From: Salinibacterium sp.
GTDB taxonomy: Bacteria > Actinomycetota > Actinomycetes > Actinomycetales > Microbacteriaceae
Strand: one strand, 5' to 3'
NCBI RefSeq assembly: GCF_031368185.1
Contig: NZ_JANLRB010000441.1
DNA: 43,606 nt
The notes beneath the pieces were generated by a model. That model worked only from the letters and a program-made list of their open reading frames with translations, did no database searches and was not told the DNA's origin. Positions 1-9,218 of the stretch are shown piece after piece. The position numbers and the translations under genes are program-made. The first letter of the stretch is position 1; every line of letters begins with the position of its first letter.

Positions 1-8
1 GGAGAATT

Positions 9-2789
9 GTGGCTGCCAAACCACGCGTACACGAAGTCGCCGCCGAACTCGGCATCGACAGCAAGATTGCCCTCGCGACGCTCAAGGAAATGGGCGAGTT
101 CGTCAAGGGCCCATCGTCCAGCATCGAACCACCGGTGGCACGCAAGCTGAAGGCTGCGCTGCTGGCCGACGGTGTTAAGCCTGCGGTCGCCGAGGCGCCG
201 AAGGTGGCGCCGAGGGTGGCCCCGAAGCCGGTCAACCCGACTCCGCCGGCTCCGGCTCCGGTGGTTGCTGCTGAGCCCGATTATGACGCCCCGGCTGTTG
301 CCGCGCCGCCGCTGACTGTCGCAGAGCGCCAGGCGCACGCGCAGGCGCATGCAGCAGAACAAGCACAGGCACACGCTGCCGAACTGGCCGCCGGCCAGTC
401 CGCGCCGGTCGTGTCCGCTGCGAGCGCCGATGCAGCGTCGCCGAGCCCCTCGGGAATCCCGCGACCAGGGCAGCCTCGCCCTGGCAACAACCCGTTCGCC
501 TCCAACCAGGGCATGTCTCGCCCCGGAATTCCGCGCCCGGGCAACAACCCGTTCGCCTCCAACCAGGGCATGCAGCGTGCGGGTGCGCCGGGCGCGGCAC
601 CGCGTCCCGGAGCACCTCGTCCCGGCGGCCCGGGTCAGGGAGCGCGTCCCGGCGGCTTTGGCCAGCGCCCGGGCGGCCCTGGCGGTAACTTCCAGCAGCG
701 ACCGGGTGGACCACGCCCGGCCGGCGCTGGCGGGTTCCGCCCAGGCGGCGCGCCAGGAACGGCACCTGCCAACAACTTCGGCCCCAACCGCCCGCCCGCT
801 GGTGGTGCTGGCGGTCGCGGTCGCGGACCCGGCGGTGGAACTGCTGGTGCCTTTGGTCGCGGTGGCGGCAAGAGCAAAGCCCGCAAGTCGAAGCGCACGA
901 AGCGCGCCGAATTCGAGTTGAGGGAAGCCCCGTCACTGGGAGGCGTCAGTGTTCCTCGCGGCGATGGTAAGACCACCATCCGTCTGCGTCGGGGTGCATC
1001 CATCTCCGACCTGGCAGACAAGCTGGAGACGATAACCGGATACTCGGTGCAGCCGGGTGCGCTGGTGACGGCGCTGTTCCACCTGGGGCAGATGGCCACG
1101 GCCACCGAGTCGCTTGACGAGGGCACCTTCGAGATTCTCGCCGGTGAACTGAATTACAAGATCGAAATGGTCTCACCCGAGGACGAAGACCGCGAGTTGC
1201 TTGCAGGCTTCGACCTTGATCTCGACCAGGAACTCGAGGACGAAACGGATGAGGATCTCGAGATCCGACCCCCCGTCGTCACGGTCATGGGTCACGTCGA
1301 TCACGGAAAGACCAAGCTGCTCGACGCGATCCGCCAGGCGAACGTCGTGGCCGGTGAAGCTGGTGGCATCACGCAGCACATCGGTGCGTACCAGGTCTGG
1401 ACCGAGCACGAGGGCTTCGAACGCGCCATTACCTTCATTGACACCCCGGGCCACGAGGCCTTCACGGCCATGCGTGCCCGAGGTGCGCAGGTCACCGACC
1501 TGGCGATTCTTGTCGTTGCCGCCGACGACGGCATCATGCCGCAGACGGTGGAGGCGCTGAACCACGCGCAGTCCGCGGGCGTCCCGATCGTTGTCGCCGT
1601 GAACAAGATCGATAAGCCTGGAGCGAACCCGGCTAAGGTGCGCCAGCAGCTTACCGAGTTCGGTCTCGTCGCTGAGGAGTACGGAGGCGACACGATGTTC
1701 ATCGACGTGTCCGCGCTCAACAACGTCGGCATCGACACGCTCCTTGACGCGGTTCTCCTGACGGCCGACGCGGGTCTCGACCTGCGCTCTAACCCGAATA
1801 AGGACGCGCGCGGTGTCGCCATCGAAGCGAAGCTCGACAAGGGACGTGGTGCGGTCGCGACCGTGCTGATCCAGTCGGGAACCCTGCGCGTCGGAGACTC
1901 CATCGTCGCGGGAACGGCCTACGGTCGAGTGCGCGCGATGATGGACGAAAACGGGGATCCCGTCGACGAGGCATACCCGGCGCGCCCCGTGCAGGTACAG
2001 GGCTTGTCGAGCGTCCCCCGGGCCGGCGACACTTTCATCGTCACCGAGGAAGACCGCACCGCTCGCCAGATCGCCGAGAAGCGTGAAGCCGTCGAACGTA
2101 ACGCCCTGCTGGCCAAGGCCCGCAAACGCATCAGTCTCGAGGACTTCACCAAGGCGCTCGAAGATGGCAAGGTCGAATCGCTCAACCTCATCATCAAGGG
2201 TGACGTGTCCGGTGCCGTTGAGGCGCTCGAAGACTCGCTGCTCAAGATCGAGGTCGACGACAGCGTTCAGCTGCGGATCATCCACCGCGGTGTCGGTGCT
2301 GTCACCGAGAGCGACGTCAACCTCGCGACGATCGACAACGCGATCATCATCGGGTTCAACGTGCGACCAGACACGAAGGCGCGCGAACGTGCGCAGCGTG
2401 AAGGCGTGGATGTGCGTTTCTACTCGGTCATCTACGCGGCACTCGAAGAGATCGAGAACTCCCTCAAGGGCATGCTCAAGCCCGAGTTCGAAGAGGTGCA
2501 GTCAGGTATTGCCGAGATCCGCGAGGTGTTCCGTTCCTCCAAGTTCGGAAACGTTGCCGGCGTCATTGTGCGCTCGGGCGTCATCACCAGGAATGCCAAG
2601 GCTCGCGTCATCCGCGATGGGGTGGTGGTTGGCGATAACCTCGCCATCGAGTCACTGCGTCGTTACAAGGATGACGTCACCGAGGTTCGGACGGACTTCG
2701 AGGCCGGAATCGGCCTTGGTAAGTTCAACGACATCCAGATTGGCGATGAGATCGAGACGATTGAAATGAAGGAGAAGCCGCGGGTTTAG
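9..2789 (+). CDS. infB: Translation initiation factor IF-2
   Basis: [13 protein letters not shown] and NKID GTPase motifs; actinobacterial Pro/Gly-rich N-terminus with RPGNNPF repeats; GGAG upstream of GTG. Confidence 0.99.
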   Translation: MAAKPRVHEVAAELGIDSKIALATLKEMGEFVKGPSSSIEPPVARKLKAALLADGVKPAVAEAPKVAPRVAPKPVNPTPPAPAPVVAAEPDYDAPAVAAPPLTVAERQAHAQAHAAEQAQAHAAELAAGQSAPVVSAASADAASPSPSGIPRPGQPRPGNNPFASNQGMSRPGIPRPGNNPFASNQGMQRAGAPGAAPRPGAPRPGGPGQGARPGGFGQRPGGPGGNFQQRPGGPRPAGAGGFRPGGAPGTAPANNFGPNRPPAGGAGGRGRGPGGGTAGAFGRGGGKSKARKSKRTKRAEFELREAPSLGGVSVPRGDGKTTIRLRRGASISDLADKLETITGYSVQPGALVTALFHLGQMATATESLDEGTFEILAGELNYKIEMVSPEDEDRELLAGFDLDLDQELEDETDEDLEIRPPVVTVMGHVDHGKTKLLDAIRQANVVAGEAGGITQHIGAYQVWTEHEGFERAITFIDTPGHEAFTAMRARGAQVTDLAILVVAADDGIMPQTVEALNHAQSAGVPIVVAVNKIDKPGANPAKVRQQLTEFGLVAEEYGGDTMFIDVSALNNVGIDTLLDAVLLTADAGLDLRSNPNKDARGVAIEAKLDKGRGAVATVLIQSGTLRVGDSIVAGTAYGRVRAMMDENGDPVDEAYPARPVQVQGLSSVPRAGDTFIVTEEDRTARQIAEKREAVERNALLAKARKRISLEDFTKALEDGKVESLNLIIKGDVSGAVEALEDSLLKIEVDDSVQLRIIHRGVGAVTESDVNLATIDNAIIIGFNVRPDTKARERAQREGVDVRFYSVIYAALEEIENSLKGMLKPEFEEVQSGIAEIREVFRSSKFGNVAGVIVRSGVITRNAKARVIRDGVVVGDNLAIESLRRYKDDVTEVRTDFEAGIGLGKFNDIQIGDEIETIEMKEKPRV
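477..572 (+). repeat. Intragenic duplication in infB ([13 protein letters not shown] x2, 57-nt period)
   Basis: Near-identical 39-nt copies at 477-515 and 534-572. Confidence 0.9.
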
Positions 2790-2835
2790 TTCCTCGTGGT
2801 GCGGAACGGTCCGGCCGCTGCTCGCGGCGGTCCGA

Positions 2836-2919
2836 GATTTCTTCTCCGGGCCGCTTCCGGCGGCGTCACCCTTCGGGTGGCGCCGCTGCCAGGCCCACCT
2901 GCGGCCCGGAGAAGAAATC
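2836..2919. repeat. Nested inverted-repeat element between infB and rbfA (structured RNA or REP-like)
   Basis: Perfect 19-bp IR GATTTCTTCTCCGGGCCGC (2836-2854) / GCGGCCCGGAGAAGAAATC (2901-2919) enclosing a cTTCGg hairpin at 2860-2886. Confidence 0.75.
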
Positions 2920-2988
2920 CCTCCCCGCCTCCGCCCGTACGCCCGAGTCAGTCCCCGTGGGGTTATAGATCAGCAGAAGAAGGAAATT

Positions 2989-3447
2989 ATGGTCGACGCA
3001 GCTCGAGCCGCCAAGATGGCGGACCGTATCAAAGTCATTGTGGCCAAGACGCTCGAGCGTGGAATTAAAGATCCCCGCATGGGGTTCGTCACCATCACCG
3101 ACGTGAAGGTCACGGGCGATCTTCAGCACGCCTCCGTGTTCTACACGGTGTACGGGACCGACGAGGAGCGCATCGACAGCGCGGCGGCCCTCAAATCGGC
3201 CACTGGGATGCTCCGTAGCGAGCTCGGCAAGAACCTGACGGCCCGACTCACTCCGAGCCTGGAGTTCATCGCAGATGGGATCCCCGAGAACGCTGCCCTC
3301 ATTGAGTCACTTCTGACCGAGGCTGCGGCGCGTGATGCCGAGGTCGAGAACCTCAAGAAGACGGCCACATACGCCGGGGATGAAGATCCCTACGTCAAGC
3401 CGCGCGTCATCGCCGACGAGGACGACGACGTGGACGAGAGCCGCTGA
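2989..3447 (+). CDS. rbfA: 30S ribosome-binding factor A
   Basis: KDPRMGFVTITDVKVTGDL and LTPSLEF motifs; follows infB; AAGGA RBS. Confidence 0.98.
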   Translation: MVDAARAAKMADRIKVIVAKTLERGIKDPRMGFVTITDVKVTGDLQHASVFYTVYGTDEERIDSAAALKSATGMLRSELGKNLTARLTPSLEFIADGIPENAALIESLLTEAAARDAEVENLKKTATYAGDEDPYVKPRVIADEDDDVDESR

Positions 3448-3449
3448 TC

Positions 3450-3694
3450 GTGTCACCCGCGGCGCTTCACCACGTCGAGCTGTGGGTGGCCGACCTTGGC
3501 GCGGCCAGATCCCAGCGGGGCTGGCTTTGTGGCAGGCTCGGCTAGGTCGTGAGGGAGCACTGGCCCGATGGCTCATTCTGGCGGCGGCTGGACCGCCCTG
3601 TGTCCCGATCGGTTTCCCCATGCCGGGGTGCCGCGCACTAGCTGCCTATCTTGAGAATGACGCAGGCCTCAAGGTGGAGGTCGTCGCTCGCTAA
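3450..3694 (+). pseudogene. Decayed glyoxalase/VOC-family gene
   Basis: GTG start reads MSPAALHHVELWVADL...GWLCGRLG, then in-frame TAG at 3543, then EHWPDGSFW; shifted frames give GWTALCPDRFPHAG and AAYLENDAGLKVEVVAR*; the central part is missing. Confidence 0.75.
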
Positions 3695-3703
3695 CGATCA
3701 GTG

Positions 3704-4591
3704 TCACTTCAGCAATCGCGACAACACTCGGTCAGCGAGCGGCTTACCGTTGGTCTGGCAGGTCGCGCAGTACTCCAGGCTCGAGTCGGCGAAGCGCACC
3801 TGGCGCACCACATCACCGCAGACCGGGCATGTTTCGCCCGCCCGACCATGCACCTGCAGGTTCGACTTCTTTTCCCGCTTGAGCTCGGAGGCGGCCAGCC
3901 CATCCGCACGGGCGATGGCAGCGCGAAGCGTGGACTGCACGGCGGCGTAGAGACGCGAGACATCATCCGGGGTCATGGATGCCGGAGCATACGGTGACAT
4001 CTTCGCCGCATGCAGGATCTCGTCGGAGTACGCGTTGCCGATCCCCGCGATCACGGCCTGGTTGCGCAACAGCCCCTTGATGTGGGAGCGGCCGGCGCGC
4101 GTGAGGATACCCGCGAGCACGCCCTCGGTGAAGTCGGGGTCGAGCGGATCCGGGCCGAGCGTTGCGACGCGGGGGACCTCGGCCGCATCCCGAACCAGGT
4201 GGATCGCCAACGACTTTTTGGTGCCTGCCTCGGTGATGTCACAGCCCGAGCCGTCGTCGAGCACGAGCCTGGCCGCGAGAGGGCCGCGCCCGGGAGCGCC
4301 CGACGGCTTCGGGGCGGCATCCCGCCAGCGGATCCACCCGGCGCGCGCCAGGTGTACGAGCAGGTGGAGGCGATCCTCTTCGCCCTCGCTGTCGGCATCG
4401 TCGAAGGCAAAGTCGAGATACTTGCCGTGACGAGTGATCGGGCCCACGATGCGCCCGCTCAGTTGTGTGAGCGGCGGGTCAAACGTCTTCAGCGCCGCAA
4501 ACGAGATCAGGTCGAACCGGTCGACGCGCCGACCGGTTAGCCGCGCGCCGAGATCGGTGACGAGGGCGTGGACTTCGGGAAGTTCGGGCAC
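3704..4591 (-). CDS. Fpg/Nei family DNA glycosylase/AP lyase
   Basis: N-terminal (M)PELPEV fixes the start at GTG 4591; H2TH motif IAGIGNAYSDEIL; C-terminal CPVC..CATC zinc finger. Confidence 0.95.
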   Translation of the reverse strand: MPELPEVHALVTDLGARLTGRRVDRFDLISFAALKTFDPPLTQLSGRIVGPITRHGKYLDFAFDDADSEGEEDRLHLLVHLARAGWIRWRDAAPKPSGAPGRGPLAARLVLDDGSGCDITEAGTKKSLAIHLVRDAAEVPRVATLGPDPLDPDFTEGVLAGILTRAGRSHIKGLLRNQAVIAGIGNAYSDEILHAAKMSPYAPASMTPDDVSRLYAAVQSTLRAAIARADGLAASELKREKKSNLQVHGRAGETCPVCGDVVRQVRFADSSLEYCATCQTNGKPLADRVLSRLLK

Positions 4592-4653
4592 GAACCCAGT
4601 GTGCGACGCACAGCCGTGATTCGTCCACCCCTGCGCCCTCGACGACGCTCCCT

Positions 4654-4773
4654 TTCGGAAATTCAGGAGATTGCAACTCAGGTGCTTCGAAAACTCAGGA
4701 AATGGTGACTCCGCGGCCGGTTTCCCGCCCCGAACGCCCCCGTTACGACCTGGTTTCCTGAATTTCCGAAGCA
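4654..4773. repeat. REP/MITE-like inverted and direct repeat cluster
   Basis: TTCGGAAATTCAGGA (4654-4668), TGCTTCGAAAACTCAGGAAA (4683-4702) and inverted copy TTTCCTGAATTTCCGAAGCA (4754-4773). Confidence 0.7.
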
Positions 4774-4811
4774 TGCCGGGAGCGCGGGCTCGCGGGCGAG
4801 ACCGCACGCCA

Positions 4812-5675
4812 TCACGGCAGCGCGTAACCACCCGGCACGGCGACGGCCAGGCCGTCGTCCAGGAGTCCGGCCAGCGCGCGATCTCGTTGGGTCGCGTCCG
4901 GCCAGAGCGATTCGATCTCGGTGGCGGTCACCGGGATGTCGCTGGCCCGAAGCTCGGCCAGGACGAGGCCGCGCACCTGGCGGTCGGAACCCTCGTACTT
5001 CGCCTGCACCACGGCGCGGGGCCCGAGGTATGCGGGGTATCCGTCGGATCGCCAGGCGCAGTTCTCGGCAAGAGGGCATGCGCCGCACTGCGGTGAGCGG
5101 GCCGTGCAGACGAGTGCTCCGAGCTCCATCATGCCTGCGTTGAACAGTCTTGCCTCGGCGAGCTCCACCGGAAGCTGTGACTCCATGGCGGCCAAATCCC
5201 GGCGAGTGGACGGCGGGCCGGCCTCACCCTGGCCGAGAACGGCGCGGGCGATAACCCGGCGCACGTTAGTGTCGACGACCGGATGCCGCAGTCCGAACGC
5301 AAACGCAGCGACGGCCCGCGCGGTGTAGTCACCGATGCCGGGCAGCGCCAGCAACTGGTCGATATCGGAGGGCACGATACCGTCGTGGCGCTCGGTGATG
5401 GCGACGGCCGCGGCGTGAAGGCGGAGTGCTCGTCGCGGATAGCCCAGTCGCTCCCAGGCGCGCACGGCGTCTCCGACAGGAGAGGCGGCAAGTGCGGCAG
5501 GCGTGGGCCAGCGGTCGAGCCATTGCTCTAGCCGGGGAATCACGCGGGCCACCGGAGTTTGCTGCAGCATGATCTCGCTGACCAGGATGCCCCACGCGCC
5601 GAATCCCTTGCGTCTCCAGGGAAGATCGCGTTGGTTGGCGAGGAACCACTGATTCACGGCCGGGGCAATACTCAC
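4812..5675 (-). CDS. mutY: A/G-specific adenine DNA glycosylase (short actinobacterial form)
   Basis: SEIMLQQT, LGYPRRA, HhH LPGIGDYTA, VDTNVRRV and the 4Fe-4S motif CTARSPQCGACPLAENC. Confidence 0.95.
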   Translation of the reverse strand: MSIAPAVNQWFLANQRDLPWRRKGFGAWGILVSEIMLQQTPVARVIPRLEQWLDRWPTPAALAASPVGDAVRAWERLGYPRRALRLHAAAVAITERHDGIVPSDIDQLLALPGIGDYTARAVAAFAFGLRHPVVDTNVRRVIARAVLGQGEAGPPSTRRDLAAMESQLPVELAEARLFNAGMMELGALVCTARSPQCGACPLAENCAWRSDGYPAYLGPRAVVQAKYEGSDRQVRGLVLAELRASDIPVTATEIESLWPDATQRDRALAGLLDDGLAVAVPGGYALP

Positions 5676-5681
5676 CCGGCA

Positions 5682-5691
5682 AACCTAGACT
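5682..5691. promoter_or_regulatory. Overlapping divergent -10 boxes for two leaderless genes
   Basis: TAGACT (+, 5686-5691) lies 7 nt before ATG 5699; TAGGTT (-, 5682-5687) lies 6 nt before GTG 5675. Confidence 0.6.
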
Positions 5692-5698
5692 GGATGTC

Positions 5699-6427
5699 AT
5701 GGCCGAGCCAACACCGCAGCCCCCAGCAGTATTACCGGCACTGTCGATCTTTGCGGCTGCTCCGATCATGGCCGATCCGTTCACCACCGCTCGCCGGGAC
5801 CTGCTCGATTCCCTGTCTGATGAGTTCCTCCACAACTCCGGCAAGGGGCGCACCCTGCTGGCCATCGACGGTATCGACGGCGTGGGCAAGTCCACCTTCG
5901 CCGATGCGCTTGCGACGCGACTGGGCCGCGGTGGCCACTCGGTTTTTCGCGCATCCATCGACAATTTTCATCGCCCGCGCGAAGACCGTCACCTCCGCGG
6001 CGTGGACTCCGCCGAGGGTTTCTACCGTGATTCATTTGACTACGCCCTTTTTCGGAGGGTTCTTATCGAGCCGTTCAAAATGGGCGGAAGCGCCGGGTTC
6101 GTGACCTCCGCGTTCGATGTCGAACGTGACACCCCGGTGTCAATGGAATGGGAGACCGGCCCGAGGGATGCGACGCTCATCGTTGACGGAATCTTCCTGA
6201 ACAGGCCCGAACTGCGGGGCCTGTGGAACTTCTCGGTGTGGCTCGAGGTGAGCGGTCAGGCGGCGGATGCCCTCATCACGGCCCGCGCCAGGCGCACCGA
6301 AAACCAACGCTACGAGAGCGGCCAGAAACTGTATCTCGCCGAGTCCGGACCCCGAGCGCATGCCTCGGCGATCGTGGATAACTCCACTCCACAACTGCCC
6401 CGGCGGGTGTTCGCCGATAGCTGCTAG
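5699..6427 (+). CDS. Uridine kinase-like P-loop kinase
   Basis: Walker A GIDGVGKST, SIDNFH and LIVDGIFL motifs. Confidence 0.85.
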   Translation: MAEPTPQPPAVLPALSIFAAAPIMADPFTTARRDLLDSLSDEFLHNSGKGRTLLAIDGIDGVGKSTFADALATRLGRGGHSVFRASIDNFHRPREDRHLRGVDSAEGFYRDSFDYALFRRVLIEPFKMGGSAGFVTSAFDVERDTPVSMEWETGPRDATLIVDGIFLNRPELRGLWNFSVWLEVSGQAADALITARARRTENQRYESGQKLYLAESGPRAHASAIVDNSTPQLPRRVFADSC

Positions 6428-7422
6428 CGCTGGCTCACGCGGGCGGTGACATGAGCGGGGGTATAGAACTCACCGCTCGCCTCGACTTCATGCACGAGGG
6501 CGACGAGAGCCGCGTTCACGGCGGCAATGCGACCGAGAGCGGTTGCGGCATCCACGACGGCGCCGTTGAGGTGGTCGATCTCGGTGAGTTGGCCTCGGCG
6601 CACACTCTGCAGGGTCGAGCCCGGATTCGGGGTTGCCCCGATGCGCGCACTCATCAGCAGGGGAAGAAGCTGCCCTATCCAAAGGGGTAACGCGGAGAAG
6701 AGTCGGAGCCCGCGCCGAGACAGCCCCTGCACCTTCTCGAAGCGGATTCCGCTCGCGAGCCCGATGCGCACATTTTCACGCATGCTTGCCGTCATGATCA
6801 GGCGCAGGCGACGATGGGCGATGACCTCCTGCACGCTGAGCCCGGTGATGGCGGGCAGCGCGTTCACCTGGTTGATGACGAGTTTGGTCCACTGGGCACC
6901 GACGAAGTTGGCGACGACCACGGTCGGCATCACACTGGCCAACAACTGGGCGGCATAGCGTGCGGGGACATCACTGTCACCGGACGCGACTCCGACGTAG
7001 AGGGGCCCGGCCGTGGTGACGGTGACCTCACCCGGCGATAGGAACGAGGCGGCGAAGATGGCAAGCCCGCCCACAATATCGGAGCGAGGCGATGCCACGG
7101 CGGCGGCAGACATCCCCTCCAGGCCGTTCTGGATCACGACGACAGGAATGCCTCGCATCATCGACGCATTCTCGACGACCGCGGCAGGAGCATCCCGCGC
7201 CTTCGTGGCGACGATGACCAACTCAGCACCGCGGGTGAGCTGTTCGCTTGCCAGCACCGCTGCGGTGTACTCACCCCACGCGCCAGTGAGGTGGATGCCG
7301 TTCTCCCGCATCGCGGTGAGGTGCGCACCGCGAGCGGTCACCTCGACCTCGTGGTCGGCTCGCACGAGCAGTGCTGCGATTGCGCCGCCGACAGCCCCGG
7401 CTCCGATGACGGCTATTCGCAT
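6424..7422 (-). CDS. panE: Ketopantoate reductase family protein
   Basis: GAGAVGG Rossmann motif, IQNGL, WTKLVIN, STLQS..TEIDHLNG. Confidence 0.85.
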   Translation of the reverse strand: MRIAVIGAGAVGGAIAALLVRADHEVEVTARGAHLTAMRENGIHLTGAWGEYTAAVLASEQLTRGAELVIVATKARDAPAAVVENASMMRGIPVVVIQNGLEGMSAAAVASPRSDIVGGLAIFAASFLSPGEVTVTTAGPLYVGVASGDSDVPARYAAQLLASVMPTVVVANFVGAQWTKLVINQVNALPAITGLSVQEVIAHRRLRLIMTASMRENVRIGLASGIRFEKVQGLSRRGLRLFSALPLWIGQLLPLLMSARIGATPNPGSTLQSVRRGQLTEIDHLNGAVVDAATALGRIAAVNAALVALVHEVEASGEFYTPAHVTARVSQR

Positions 7423-7470
7423 GCTCAGATCCTAAGCGGGCCAATGGTCGGTACCCGGTAGCCTGAGGGG

Positions 7471-7500
7471 GTGATCTGTGTTGCGGTGGCCCGTTCGTGA
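7471..7500 (+). CDS. Putative leaderless 9-aa uORF (MICVAVARS) coupled to truB
   Basis: TAGCCT-N6-GTG; its TGA overlaps the truB GTG (GTGA 7497-7500). Confidence 0.4.
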   Translation: MICVAVARS

Positions 7501-8414
7501 AGCCGCCCAGCAACCCGAGAAGTGGCATCCTGCTTGTCGATAAACCCCAGGGCATCACGAGTCACGATGTTGTCGCCAGAGCGCGCAAGTCGATCGGCAC
7601 TCGCAAGGTCGGCCATGCGGGCACTCTCGACCCGATGGCGACCGGTTTGCTCGTGCTGGGTGTCAACAACTCGACGAGGTTGCTGACCTGGATCGTCGGA
7701 CTCGACAAGGAATACACCGCCACCATTCGCCTCGGTGCTGCGTCGAACACAGACGATGCCGACGGGGATCTGGGGCAGAGGGTGGATGCCGCGGCGCTGG
7801 CCGCCGTCAGCGCAGAGGCCATCGCGACCGAAGTCGCCGCCCTGACCGGACCTATCTCGCAACGCCCGAGTTCCGTGAGCGCCATCAAGGTCGACGGAAC
7901 ACGGGCGTACACCCTGGTGCGCGCCGGTGAGGAGATTGTGCTGGCCGAGCGCCCCGTGACCGTCCGCGCGTTTGACGTGCTCGACACGCGTCGTGCTGAC
8001 TGGATCGACCTCGACGTTCGGGTGGAGTGCTCGACCGGCACGTACATCCGCGCCCTCGCCCGCGACCTCGGGGCTGCGCTCGGCGTTGGTGGGCATCTCA
8101 CGGCCCTGCGGAGAACCCGCATCGGCCCCTTTACGGTGGATGCGGCATCCGGTCTCGACGCTGACCTTGCCCCGGCCATGCTGGAGCCCGCCGAGGTCGC
8201 GACCACACTGTTCGCGCAGGTGCGCCTCGACGCTCAGCACTCGGCCGACCTTGCCCACGGCAAGCGCATTCCGCTCAGCGTCGAGTCGGATCGGCCCATC
8301 GCCGCGATCGACCCCGACGGCAGACTCATCGGGCTGGTCGAAAACATCGCAGGGCGGGCACACGTGCTCGTCAACTTCCCGCCCGATACCCGGCACGAAG
8401 AGGGGACAGCATGA
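7497..8414 (+). CDS. truB: tRNA pseudouridine(55) synthase
   Basis: DKPQGITSHDVV, GHAGTLDPMATG, SAIKVDG, CSTGTYIRALARDLG. Confidence 0.97.
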   Translation: MKPPSNPRSGILLVDKPQGITSHDVVARARKSIGTRKVGHAGTLDPMATGLLVLGVNNSTRLLTWIVGLDKEYTATIRLGAASNTDDADGDLGQRVDAAALAAVSAEAIATEVAALTGPISQRPSSVSAIKVDGTRAYTLVRAGEEIVLAERPVTVRAFDVLDTRRADWIDLDVRVECSTGTYIRALARDLGAALGVGGHLTALRRTRIGPFTVDAASGLDADLAPAMLEPAEVATTLFAQVRLDAQHSADLAHGKRIPLSVESDRPIAAIDPDGRLIGLVENIAGRAHVLVNFPPDTRHEEGTA

Positions 8415-8779
8415 TCGAGTGGTTTGAATACGTCCAGGTCGGTATTGCCGTCATCGCTGGCCTGCTGTGTCTGGTTCTGGGTCTCGCCGGCCGAACGCCC
8501 AACGATTACACCCTCGGGGCTACGGCCCTGGTCGAGGTGCTATTGATCGCCCAGCTGGTCGTTTCGCTTATTGCACCCGCAACCGGCAATGTCCCCACCG
8601 GAAGTGGGCTCGAGTTTTGGGTGTACCTCGTGTCGGCCGCGCTGATCCCGCCGGCGGCCATCGTGTGGGCGCTGGTCGAGCGAAACCGCTGGAGTACCGC
8701 CATTCTCGGGGTTGCCTGCCTTGCGGTGGCCGTGATGCTCTATCGGATGGGGCAGATCTGGTTCGTGCAGGTCGCCTAA
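8411..8779 (+). CDS. Small integral membrane protein (4 TM)
   Basis: Hydrophobic helices; ATGA overlap with truB; GAGGGG RBS. Confidence 0.85.
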   Translation: MIEWFEYVQVGIAVIAGLLCLVLGLAGRTPNDYTLGATALVEVLLIAQLVVSLIAPATGNVPTGSGLEFWVYLVSAALIPPAAIVWALVERNRWSTAILGVACLAVAVMLYRMGQIWFVQVA

Positions 8780-8791
8780 AGTTGTGTCGAC

Positions 8792-9217
8792 ATGGCAAAT
8801 AACAGATCTTCACGCGCAGTGGGCGTTGGGCGCCTTCTCATCGCGGTGTACGCAATTTTGGCACTGGCTGCAACCGCTCGATCTTTCGTGCAGATCGTAG
8901 GAAAGTTCGAGAACGCGCCGATCGCCTATCTGCTCAGCGGGTTGGCCGGTGTGGTCTACCTGCTGGCCACCGTTGCGCTGCTGCGACAGGGTAATACCTG
9001 GTATCGCATAGCCTGGATCACGATTATTTTTGAACTGGTGGGGGTTGTCACAGTGGGAACCCTGAGCCTGGTCGATCCGATCCTGTTCCCGGCCGACACG
9101 GTGTGGTCGGTCTACGGTCGCGGGTACCTGTTCATTCCCCTCGTGCTCCCGATCCTCGGGATGCTGTGGCTTTACCACCGGCGACCTCGTGCAATACCAA
9201 CGGATGTGTCGATTTAG
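8792..9217 (+). CDS. Integral membrane protein
   Basis: Four hydrophobic segments; TVWS.YG.GY.FIPLVLP motif; in operon with truB and ribF. Confidence 0.85.
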   Translation: MANNRSSRAVGVGRLLIAVYAILALAATARSFVQIVGKFENAPIAYLLSGLAGVVYLLATVALLRQGNTWYRIAWITIIFELVGVVTVGTLSLVDPILFPADTVWSVYGRGYLFIPLVLPILGMLWLYHRRPRAIPTDVSI

Positions 9218-9218
9218 G

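Noticed and set aside
477-870. Pro/Gly-rich repeats in IF-2
   Set aside because: Normal low-complexity N-terminus of actinobacterial IF-2
2796-3068. 90-aa ORF between infB and rbfA
   Set aside because: Overlaps rbfA out of frame and is translated from an inverted-repeat region; no resemblance to DUF503/YlxP
4592-4831. N-terminal extensions in the ORF track (Fpg, ROK, GDSL, Stealth, MarP, YihY)
   Set aside because: Conserved N-terminal motifs, -10 boxes or stop/start overlaps place the true starts downstream
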